From an uncultured Clostridia bacterium (GTDB lineage: Bacteria; Bacillota; Clostridia; TANB77; CAG-465), in NCBI GenBank assembly GCA_947584535.1, contig CANPWO010000002.1:12784-76783 (forward strand): a stretch of DNA of 64,000 bases, in the 5' to 3' direction. Below are positions 20,036 to 28,071 of the stretch, one piece after another. The notes below the pieces were generated by a model. The model was not told the DNA's origin. It saw nothing but the letters and a program-made list of their open reading frames with translations, and did not search any database. The stretch's first letter is position 1; the number at the start of each line of letters is the position of its first letter. A program made the translations under genes and the position numbers.

Positions 20036-21370
20036 CTATTTATTTGTATTACTAACTATACAATCATTAATACTTTGTAAATATACATATAAACTATTTT
20101 CGTTATCACGTTTATTTACTGGCAAATCAACTATAACTTGTCTATCATTTTCATCATAATTATATGTATTGTTATACTTAAGACTATCACCAAAGAATAT
20201 ATTGTTCTTATTATCTGCATTTTCAATAGAATATGAAACAGTACATCTTATTCTATAATTATTTCCATCAAAATAAAATGCAGGGTATACCACTTTACAT
20301 TGTCCTTTAACAATAATATGATTGCTTTTTACATAATTTATATATTCTTCTATTGTTTTATCTGGTACAGGATATAACAAACTATCATTTAATGCTCTTT
20401 TAAAATCATCAATTTTAATCGTATTATAATCAATATTTAAGATTGTTAACATATATTCTTGTACTCTAACTCCTAAAGAGTAAAAATTTTCTTTAAACTC
20501 AGAATAAATTTCTGAAGGTTTCTTAAATTTTGTAACATCTGAATACAAATATCTTGTTTCATATGTTTGCTTATTAACATTTGATACACAATATGCATAA
20601 TCTAAATAATTTTTAGGTAATTTTTCATCATTTATAACTATCTTTTCATCATTTTCTGTAATAGTATTATATTTTTCTGAATATAATACTATTAATTTAT
20701 TTAATTCACCTTTTGATACTTTCTTATCCGCATTTAAATTCTCAGATTTATCTTCAATAATCTTATTCCATACCATATCTCTAATAATAATTTTATCTTC
20801 ATTACTATATTTATCAAAATCTGAAAATTTTGGATTTGCCTCTATATCAGTATTTAAATTCAATATTTTAACTTTAGAATTATACATATATTTTAAACAA
20901 TCCATTAAAGTTGCTTTATCATTATAGTTGTCTTTATTTATTTCATTATTAGATATAATTTCATTTTCTATTGCATATTCTACCCACTCTTGATTTTCAT
21001 AATCTAAATTCTCAATATAGACTAATTTATCAATATTTGACATATTTATAGTAGCAGATACAATTAACTTTATAGCTTCACTTTTTGTAACTCTCTGATA
21101 TTCTGTAGTTTTCTCATTATCATATAATTGTCCAAATCCATAAATATTCATTTTATCAGAATATTGACTATATTGTTTATATTTATTTAAAAACAAATTA
21201 ATAATCAAAATTATACTTACAGAAAGTATAATAAGTATTATAATACAAATTAATACTTTTGTAATTTTTGATTTTATTTTTTTTGGTTTATTGTGCGTTT
21301 CAACTTTTTTATTATAATTAGGTATAATTTTAGTCTTGTTTTCTATAATATCAGTTTTATTTTCTTCCAA
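20036..21370 (-). CDS. N-terminally membrane-anchored protein, paralog of 18768-20027
   Basis: One TM segment (VLICIIILIILSVSIILIINLF), MNIYGFGQLYDNE...VTKSEAIKLIV, and C-terminal YRIRCTVSYS. Confidence 0.65.
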   Translation of the reverse strand: MEENKTDIIENKTKIIPNYNKKVETHNKPKKIKSKITKVLICIIILIILSVSIILIINLFLNKYKQYSQYSDKMNIYGFGQLYDNEKTTEYQRVTKSEAIKLIVSATINMSNIDKLVYIENLDYENQEWVEYAIENEIISNNEINKDNYNDKATLMDCLKYMYNSKVKILNLNTDIEANPKFSDFDKYSNEDKIIIRDMVWNKIIEDKSENLNADKKVSKGELNKLIVLYSEKYNTITENDEKIVINDEKLPKNYLDYAYCVSNVNKQTYETRYLYSDVTKFKKPSEIYSEFKENFYSLGVRVQEYMLTILNIDYNTIKIDDFKRALNDSLLYPVPDKTIEEYINYVKSNHIIVKGQCKVVYPAFYFDGNNYRIRCTVSYSIENADNKNNIFFGDSLKYNNTYNYDENDRQVIVDLPVNKRDNENSLYVYLQSINDCIVSNTNK

Positions 21371-21385
21371 TTACATCACCTCTTT

Positions 21386-22564
21386 TTATGGATTACATAT
21401 TGGGCATGGATAAAAGCCACCTTGTATATCATTATTGCCATCAATTGTATAAGTAACCATTGCAGATGCTGCCTGTTGTTTTGTTAACACATATGAAGGT
21501 GTAATAATACTTCCACCCGAATAATTATCACCATTATGATAAGACAACAAATATTCTGGACATTTTTCATCTTTATGATATAAATTTAAATTATATTTTG
21601 ATCCATTTGATAAAAATCTTGGAATAGAAAAATAATATTTATCAACTTCATCTAATTGTGAAACTGAATAAGACTTAGTATTTAAATATCTATTTCCACT
21701 GTTTAATCCTTGCACAAAAGCAAATATTCCAATATTATTTATTGCATTTGACATTTCTTCATCAGTTATTGTTGGGAAGACAAATTCATAACTTATTCCC
21801 GCATTTTTAGCATAATTATTTGCTTTATTTGTATAATACGCAATTTGTTTTACTATTGTATCTATAATTACTTGTTTTCTTACTTCCAATAAATGTTTTA
21901 TAACATTATTTCTCATTATACTATTATTACCACCATATAGTACTTTATTGTTTTCATCTACTGAATCTGATTTTGTTGAATCTGATATATAAAAACTTTT
22001 TGCATTGCCATCTGTTGTTCCTCTATGAGTTATATAGTCATCCATCGTAAATTCAACTGTATGATATTCTAAAGCTCCATCAACTCTTCCAGGTGTTGGA
22101 ACAGTTTTTCCAGCCTCTATACTATATGTATATGAATAATATACTTTTGGTTTAATAATATGTTCTACTTTATTACCAACTTTTTCTTGAGATGATATAT
22201 ATACACCATCATAATCAATTATTGCTATTACAGGTATAAAAGTTTGAAGATAACGTTCTGCAGCATCATTTCCTTTTATTCCAAAATTGTTATATAAAGA
22301 ATTTAAAAATGCTGTTTTTGCAATCTCTGGATTTATACTAACTTTACTATTTTGCAAACCAGAATAACCATAATCATTTTGAGCATCATTACTTTCAACT
22401 TCTTTCATCTGATTTGCTGCATCCTCAGTTGCAATATTTATTATCTTATTATAATACATCTCTTGTTCTTCTGCTTTTATTGTATATGAAACATTTACAT
22501 ATACTGTAATAATTATTGGTAATAATATTGCAACAAAAATTAATGCAAAATCTGTTATCTTCAC
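21386..22564 (-). CDS. Filament-locus protein with an N-terminal hydrophobic helix (392 aa)
   Basis: MKITDFALIFVAILLPIIITVYV N-terminus and a C-terminal CPxC (YPCPICNP). It is tightly packed in the operon. Confidence 0.6.
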   Translation of the reverse strand: MKITDFALIFVAILLPIIITVYVNVSYTIKAEEQEMYYNKIINIATEDAANQMKEVESNDAQNDYGYSGLQNSKVSINPEIAKTAFLNSLYNNFGIKGNDAAERYLQTFIPVIAIIDYDGVYISSQEKVGNKVEHIIKPKVYYSYTYSIEAGKTVPTPGRVDGALEYHTVEFTMDDYITHRGTTDGNAKSFYISDSTKSDSVDENNKVLYGGNNSIMRNNVIKHLLEVRKQVIIDTIVKQIAYYTNKANNYAKNAGISYEFVFPTITDEEMSNAINNIGIFAFVQGLNSGNRYLNTKSYSVSQLDEVDKYYFSIPRFLSNGSKYNLNLYHKDEKCPEYLLSYHNGDNYSGGSIITPSYVLTKQQAASAMVTYTIDGNNDIQGGFYPCPICNP

Positions 22565-22586
22565 ACTTTTCCCCCCTTTTTATCAA

Positions 22587-24020
22587 TTAATTATATTCAA
22601 CCTCATATCCATAAGCTCCTCCAATTCCACCAGGTAAGTTTAATACGCAATTTGGATGTTGATTTTTATAATAAATTCTTATTTTTTCATATTTATTATC
22701 ACTATTTAATAATGAAAAGTCTATATCCATCGAAATTTTAAATATTCCGTTCTTACCTTTATATTCCTTTCCATCTGTGTATATATAAGAGCTAGGTGTT
22801 GTAATTGTAGTTTTTGTTGTTACCTTTCCAGAATTGAAACTTCTTTCACGTGTTCCTTTATCTTTAGCTATATCTTTCATAGTAGTATTTAAAATAAACT
22901 CTTGAGTTCCATCAGATTTTATTCCATATATTTGTACAATATCTCCCTCATATGCATGTCCTGTATTTCCTAAATAAACATCCAAATGCAACTTTTTTGG
23001 AAATGCATTTAAGAATTTATCAAGAGTTTTATCTAATTCTTGCATATTAATAAATCCGCCTTCACCTGTACCACCAGTTAGGTTTTCTGTTATACTTATT
23101 TTTATCTCAGTAGGATCAGTCTCATTTCCTGATGCATCTTGTCCTCTTACTAATAATGTATATTCACCTTTTATCATAGAACCAAAATTTAATGTATATT
23201 TATCACCCAAATTTGTAGTGCTCTTTTGAGATCCAGATATATTTGGGCCCTTTAATTCCCATGTATGTCCAACTATTTTATTCCACCAACTTTTATCATT
23301 ATCTGGACCTTCAGCCTCTAATTTTAAATTATCACTTAAATTAGTTGAAGGATATAAAGTTATTCCATCTTCTGGATTCTCTTTTTGAATATCATTTGTA
23401 TCTGTAATTCCATTAATAGTTTTACTATAGAATTTAACTTTCGGTCTAGTATTAACAATATGAGCTAAATCATAGTATTTTGCATCCACTTTTGCCCATG
23501 CTTGATTTTTTACTACACCCCCATAATTAACACTTATTCTTTCCTTACTTGCTGTTGGAACAATAGCATTAAATATAGCACCAGCCATAGTTGTATTACT
23601 ATTATTCACTTTTACATAAAACTGATCTCCTTCATTTAAATAATATTCTGCATTCTTAACAATATGAGCATTCATAACATCTTTAATTTCAGGATTTTCA
23701 GTAAATATATCTTTATTATAATCTATTCTGTATTGCTCATCAAAATTATTATTCTCACCACTTGTTAATATTTTTCTATGTGCTTCTAATTGTATATCAT
23801 ATATATTTCCTGTATCAGCTAATTCATTTGTATAATTTTCGTACATTTCTTGTGTTAAGTAACCATTTTCAAGTACCTCATCTACAAAGTTAGTAGTTGC
23901 TTTTAAAGCCAAGTTATATGACATGTCATCTTGTCTTTCAAAATAATTATACAATGGAAAAATAACAATAAGTATTACAAATATTAACATAGTAATAACA
24001 ATACTTAAATTATCTTTCAT
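22587..24020 (-). CDS. Filament-locus protein, paralog of 24864-25805 (N-terminal helix plus conserved TTNFV...GYLT...TGN(I/V)YDI domain)
   Basis: The first ~80 aa align closely with 24864-25805. A longer C-terminal beta-rich region follows. Confidence 0.6.
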   Translation of the reverse strand: MKDNLSIVITMLIFVILIVIFPLYNYFERQDDMSYNLALKATTNFVDEVLENGYLTQEMYENYTNELADTGNIYDIQLEAHRKILTSGENNNFDEQYRIDYNKDIFTENPEIKDVMNAHIVKNAEYYLNEGDQFYVKVNNSNTTMAGAIFNAIVPTASKERISVNYGGVVKNQAWAKVDAKYYDLAHIVNTRPKVKFYSKTINGITDTNDIQKENPEDGITLYPSTNLSDNLKLEAEGPDNDKSWWNKIVGHTWELKGPNISGSQKSTTNLGDKYTLNFGSMIKGEYTLLVRGQDASGNETDPTEIKISITENLTGGTGEGGFINMQELDKTLDKFLNAFPKKLHLDVYLGNTGHAYEGDIVQIYGIKSDGTQEFILNTTMKDIAKDKGTRERSFNSGKVTTKTTITTPSSYIYTDGKEYKGKNGIFKISMDIDFSLLNSDNKYEKIRIYYKNQHPNCVLNLPGGIGGAYGYEVEYN

Positions 24021-24049
24021 ACTTTAACTCCTTAAAAACTTTTTATATA

Positions 24050-24443
24050 TTAATAAATTTGAAATTGATCTATATCTGTTAATCGTAATTGATAATTTTT
24101 ACCCTTTATATAATCAATTAAATCTTTATATTTAATATCATTTGCACGTAACCTTGAATCACTAAAGCTTACTTTTGAAATACTATTTGGTATATTTGAT
24201 GAATATTTATCTTTTTTTACGTAATTCATATAATAAGACACTACTTGGCTATCATTAATATATAAATTTTCTTCCGCTGGAGCTTCAATTAAGGTTTGTC
24301 CCGTTACCAAATTACCGATATTCATAAGACTTTTCAGCTAAATCACTTATACCATTAAATAAATACAAAGATGTAGTCAGAGCTACAATAAATATTATAA
24401 TATACACACCCGTATATATTGCTTGAAAAGCAGACTCTTCCAT
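24050..24443 (-). CDS. Pilin-like protein split into a 43-aa TM ORF (24312-24443, not in the ORF track) and a 91-aa ORF (24050-24325); joining needs a +1 shift at TAT-CGG-T
   Basis: Read by hand, the minus strand gives ATG GAA GAG TCT ... TAT GAA TAT CGG TAA (MEESAFQAIYTGVYIIIFIVALTTSLYLFNGISDLAEKSYEYR). Skipping C 24317 gives a product of roughly 130 aa, the same size and layout as neighbouring pilin-like genes. Confidence 0.5.
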
Positions 24444-24461
24444 AATATTACTCCTTCCTGT

Positions 24462-24848
24462 TTAGTTGAATTTAATTGTGACTTTTATATCATTTCTTTC
24501 TATACTACAATTATATTTTTTGTTATATTCTGTTTCTTGACCATATTTATTGTTTATTTGATCTTCAGATAATGTATTATTTTGATTTGAATAATTTTTT
24601 ACAGTTATATTTACATTATTATCTTTATAATATTTATTTAATGCATTTAAAAGGTCTAAACCTGTTTTGGTTGTACCATCAAATTCATCAAATTCATCAA
24701 ATCCACTGGAAATATTTATATCCGTTTCATAGACATCGGAATACACATCTCTCATTAATCCTATAGAAACAAATATAGCGGATGTAATTGCTATAGTAAT
24801 AAATATAGCTACACCAATAACAATAGCCTTATTTGTTATAAAATTCAA
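24462..24848 (-). CDS. Pilin-like protein 4 (128 aa)
   Basis: N-terminus MNFITNKAIVIGVAIFITIAITSAIF matches the locus consensus K-A-I-x-I-G-V plus a hydrophobic helix. Confidence 0.65.
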   Translation of the reverse strand: MNFITNKAIVIGVAIFITIAITSAIFVSIGLMRDVYSDVYETDINISSGFDEFDEFDGTTKTGLDLLNALNKYYKDNNVNITVKNYSNQNNTLSEDQINNKYGQETEYNKKYNCSIERNDIKVTIKFN

Positions 24849-24863
24849 ATTATATTCCTCCTT

Positions 24864-25805
24864 CTATATATAAAAACTCTTATCTGTATCATCAATGACT
24901 CCATCACCATTTACATCAGCTATTATTTTCTGTACTACTGTTAAACTAGATGGATCATCTTTGTATTTATTAATTAATTCCTTATCCCTATCATCAACTA
25001 TTGCATCCTGGTTAATATCTCCACGTTTACTAACTCTATACTCTTGATTTTTAATTGTTCCACCATAATTAATATATACTTTAGTGTTATTACCAGCATT
25101 TGCTCCAAAAGTTAATGTATTAAATAACATACTTGCTATAGTTGTATTGGTATTTTTTACTACAATTGTAAATTGATCACCAGTATTTAATGTCATTATT
25201 CCTTCGTTAATTAAGCCATATATTCTTGAATTAATTGGAATATCATTTATAGATTTATTATTATATTGACTAGTATTAGAAGGTACAAAATTACTCTCTC
25301 CATTTAACAAATTTATTATTTGATCTGTAGAATATTTTCTATTAGATAATTTATATGTAACTTGTGCCTTTGTAGAAGAATCATTTTTACTAAAGCCTAG
25401 TATATTTATATCATTAAAAATATCTTTTTTTGAGTTATCCTTATCATAGGCTTCAAAATCATCTTTTTTTTCTAAATAATCATACTCCTTGACTAATACC
25501 ACTTTTCCATTACTTGCATTAGTTTTCCCCAGTATTTGTATTACTGGATTATATTGCTTAGCCACATATTCCATTGATATATCATAGACATTTCCTGTTG
25601 TCGAAAGTTCACTAATATAATCATTATACATATCTATGGTTAAATAACCTTTTTCAGTTACTTGATTTACAAAATTAGTAGTTACTTTTAATGCTAATGC
25701 ATAAGCAATATCATCTTTTTTTTCAAATGCAATATATAATGGAAGTAAAAAAAATATTAAAACTGATAATAATATAGCAAATATTCTTTGTACAACATCT
25801 TCCAT
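24864..25805 (-). CDS. Filament-locus protein with an N-terminal helix and a C-terminal type-I dockerin-like module
   Basis: The N-terminal region is paralogous to 22587-24020. The C-terminus has GDINQDAIVDDRD and ADVNGDGVIDDTD, two EF-hand-like D-x-N-x-D-x(6)-D loops. Confidence 0.65.
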   Translation of the reverse strand: MEDVVQRIFAILLSVLIFFLLPLYIAFEKKDDIAYALALKVTTNFVNQVTEKGYLTIDMYNDYISELSTTGNVYDISMEYVAKQYNPVIQILGKTNASNGKVVLVKEYDYLEKKDDFEAYDKDNSKKDIFNDINILGFSKNDSSTKAQVTYKLSNRKYSTDQIINLLNGESNFVPSNTSQYNNKSINDIPINSRIYGLINEGIMTLNTGDQFTIVVKNTNTTIASMLFNTLTFGANAGNNTKVYINYGGTIKNQEYRVSKRGDINQDAIVDDRDKELINKYKDDPSSLTVVQKIIADVNGDGVIDDTDKSFYI

Positions 25806-25814
25806 ATAACTCTC

Positions 25815-26255
25815 CTAACTATCTTTATCTATATTTATTGTAATTATTTCATTATTAATGTTATGTTCTATTTTATATTTACTATTTGGTAAAATAAATT
25901 TAATTACATCTTTTATTCTTTCTTTATCAGATTGTATACCCTGTTCTAAAGATGTTTCTACAATATTTCCACTTGAATCATTTTTATACAATTTTAGTTT
26001 CTGTGTGTTTATAACAACATTACTTTTTCCTGCAAAATAATCTAATAAGTTTTGTACATCAGTACCATTACATTTTTTCTTTAATAAAATATCTTCTATA
26101 CTTTTATCATATAGCCCTGCTATATCTACACCACTACCTATTTCTTTTACTGCATCTTTAGCAGTATTATAGTATGTAAGAACAGCTGTTATAGTTATAA
26201 TAGATACAAGTACGCCCACTCCAATTGTTATTGCTCTAACTGTAACATCTTCCAT
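25815..26255 (-). CDS. Pilin-like protein 3 (146 aa)
   Basis: N-terminus MEDVTVRAITIGVGVLVSIITITAVL. Confidence 0.65.
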   Translation of the reverse strand: MEDVTVRAITIGVGVLVSIITITAVLTYYNTAKDAVKEIGSGVDIAGLYDKSIEDILLKKKCNGTDVQNLLDYFAGKSNVVINTQKLKLYKNDSSGNIVETSLEQGIQSDKERIKDVIKFILPNSKYKIEHNINNEIITINIDKDS

Positions 26256-26346
26256 TATTTCACACTCCTTAAATTGAAAAGTAAATATATGTTTTAAAAA
26301 ATATGCAAAACAATTTTACATACTTTTTAAAGCACATAAATGTACT

Positions 26347-26895
26347 TTAAATGGCTAAAAAAGCCATACCAACTATATATCCATTACATCTTATTAATAC
26401 TGATTTATATTTTCCGCTTATATTAATATAGTTCTTATTACCTGACTTACCATATGATTTCAAATCCTTTTTTAAAACATTATTAATTGATTTTTCATCT
26501 ATTAATAAACTAGTAACATCATTATAATTATTTGAAATAATAATACTTTCAAAATTTGTATTTTGGCCAAATTTAGCACTTCTACCTGTAATCCAAAATC
26601 TATCTACTGCATTATCATAATTTTTGCTATTATTAAGTAATAATATAAACAAATCATCCCTATTATAATAATTATCTATTGTCGTAAGTACTTCTGTACC
26701 TGACAAAATTGTATTATCATATATCTTACTTGTACTATTACTTAATAAATCAGATGTAATAATCATTTTTCTAGTAACATTATTAGTTGTATCAAATAAT
26801 TGTAAACAAATAAAATACAAAGAAATTATAATAATAACTGAAATTATTATTAATCCTATATGTTCTACAATTAATAACTTTAATTCTTTAAACAT
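26347..26895 (-). CDS. Pilin-related protein (182 aa) with an N-terminal helix and the shared C-terminal strand motif
   Basis: N-terminal hydrophobic helix. The C-terminus NGYIVGMAFLAI resembles AIVGIRFQQK and AILGLYFKKE of pilin-like proteins 1 and 2. Confidence 0.55.
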   Translation of the reverse strand: MFKELKLLIVEHIGLIIISVIIIISLYFICLQLFDTTNNVTRKMIITSDLLSNSTSKIYDNTILSGTEVLTTIDNYYNRDDLFILLLNNSKNYDNAVDRFWITGRSAKFGQNTNFESIIISNNYNDVTSLLIDEKSINNVLKKDLKSYGKSGNKNYINISGKYKSVLIRCNGYIVGMAFLAI

Positions 26896-26902
26896 ATATC
26901 TA

Positions 26903-27376
26903 TCATTCTTTCTTAAAGTAAAGACCTAAAATGGCATCTGATTGCTTTTGGTAAATGATGTATGATCGATAATTTTCATTTGTTACTATTTCATTTGATA
27001 AAGAAGATATAGATGGATTATTATTCATTTCAACGGTTCCATCAAATTTATATACAGTATTATCTATTTGCGAATGTCCCCAGTTAGTAACCTTTAGTGT
27101 TGCATAATTTCTATTTACATCTTTTACAATCAATAAAAAATTAGGCTTATTATAAAATTTTTTAATAGTAGCAATTACACTTGCACCTGTCATAGTTTTA
27201 TAATCATAATCAGCAAGTAACTGCGATGATACACTTGCAGAAACACCACTTAATTGTTCATTACTACTTCTCATTGTATCAGTTCCAATATTAGTTATAA
27301 TTAATACAGCTGAAATTAGAGATATAGTTATTAATAATCCTACTCCAATTGCAATAGCCTTTTGTGCACTATCCAT
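26903..27376 (-). CDS. Pilin-like protein 2 (157 aa)
   Basis: MDSAQKAIAIGVGLLITISLISAVL; paralog of 27468-27977 along its whole length. Confidence 0.7.
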   Translation of the reverse strand: MDSAQKAIAIGVGLLITISLISAVLIITNIGTDTMRSSNEQLSGVSASVSSQLLADYDYKTMTGASVIATIKKFYNKPNFLLIVKDVNRNYATLKVTNWGHSQIDNTVYKFDGTVEMNNNPSISSLSNEIVTNENYRSYIIYQKQSDAILGLYFKKE

Positions 27377-27415
27377 ATATATACCTCACTTTATAACAAA
27401 TAAAAAATATTAATA

Positions 27416-27455
27416 AAAGGTATATAACTATTATTTAGTATAATTATATACCTTT
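27416..27455 (-). terminator. Hairpin directly after the first pilin-like gene (possible intra-operon attenuator)
   Basis: 12-bp perfect stem aaaggtatataa / ttatataccttt, followed on the minus strand by a T-rich tract. Confidence 0.4.
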
Positions 27456-27467
27456 CAATTATTCTAA

Positions 27468-27977
27468 TTATTTTTGTTGAAATCTAATACCTACAATTGC
27501 ATCATTTAAAGTTATAAGATTAGCTGAAAACTGAGCTGTAGTTGGAATATATTTAGCTTTTCCAGCTGTAGTTATATCTCCCATACTAGTTGTTGTTTTT
27601 GCAGCTTTAGTAACTGAAGAAGTGCTTGCAAGAGCCACTCTTCCGTCTGAACCTGGAGTTGAAGTTGGATTATTACTATAGCTAGTAGGAGTAGCCCAAT
27701 AATCCCCACCATTTGCTTTTAAATCTACATAAACAGCTAAATTAGTGTTATTATAATAGTTTTTTACAGCTGACAAAACTTGTGCACCAGTCATAGTTAC
27801 ATTATCATAACTATCTGTTAATTGTTGTTGTAATTGCGAACTCATTCCACTTAATTGTTGTGTTCCACTATTAAGTAAATCTTGTCCCATTCCAGTTATA
27901 AGCATTACTGCTGCTATAATTATAATAGTTATAAAAAGTCCTACACCAATCATAATCGCTTTTTGTGCGTTATCCAT
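27468..27977 (-). CDS. Pilin-like protein 1 (169 aa), candidate major subunit
   Basis: MDNAQKAIMIGVGLFITIIIIAAVML. It is the first structural gene after the platform gene, has a strong AAAGGAGGAAA RBS, and has its own flanking hairpins. Confidence 0.7.
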   Translation of the reverse strand: MDNAQKAIMIGVGLFITIIIIAAVMLITGMGQDLLNSGTQQLSGMSSQLQQQLTDSYDNVTMTGAQVLSAVKNYYNNTNLAVYVDLKANGGDYWATPTSYSNNPTSTPGSDGRVALASTSSVTKAAKTTTSMGDITTAGKAKYIPTTAQFSANLITLNDAIVGIRFQQK

Positions 27978-28015
27978 ATATCATTTCCTCCTTTGATTAA
28001 TTATTAATATATACT

Positions 28016-28062
28016 AAACATTGATAATTATATGGATATATTTTTTAATATTATCAATGTTT
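28016..28062 (-). promoter_or_regulatory. 13-bp perfect hairpin between the platform gene and the first pilin-like gene, with promoter-like hexamers
   Basis: Stem aaacattgataat / attatcaatgttt. On the minus strand TTGATA overlaps the 5' arm and TATAAT lies in the loop; my hand count of the spacer is 19 nt, so this is a weak promoter call. Confidence 0.35.
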
Positions 28063-28071
28063 ATAACATTT

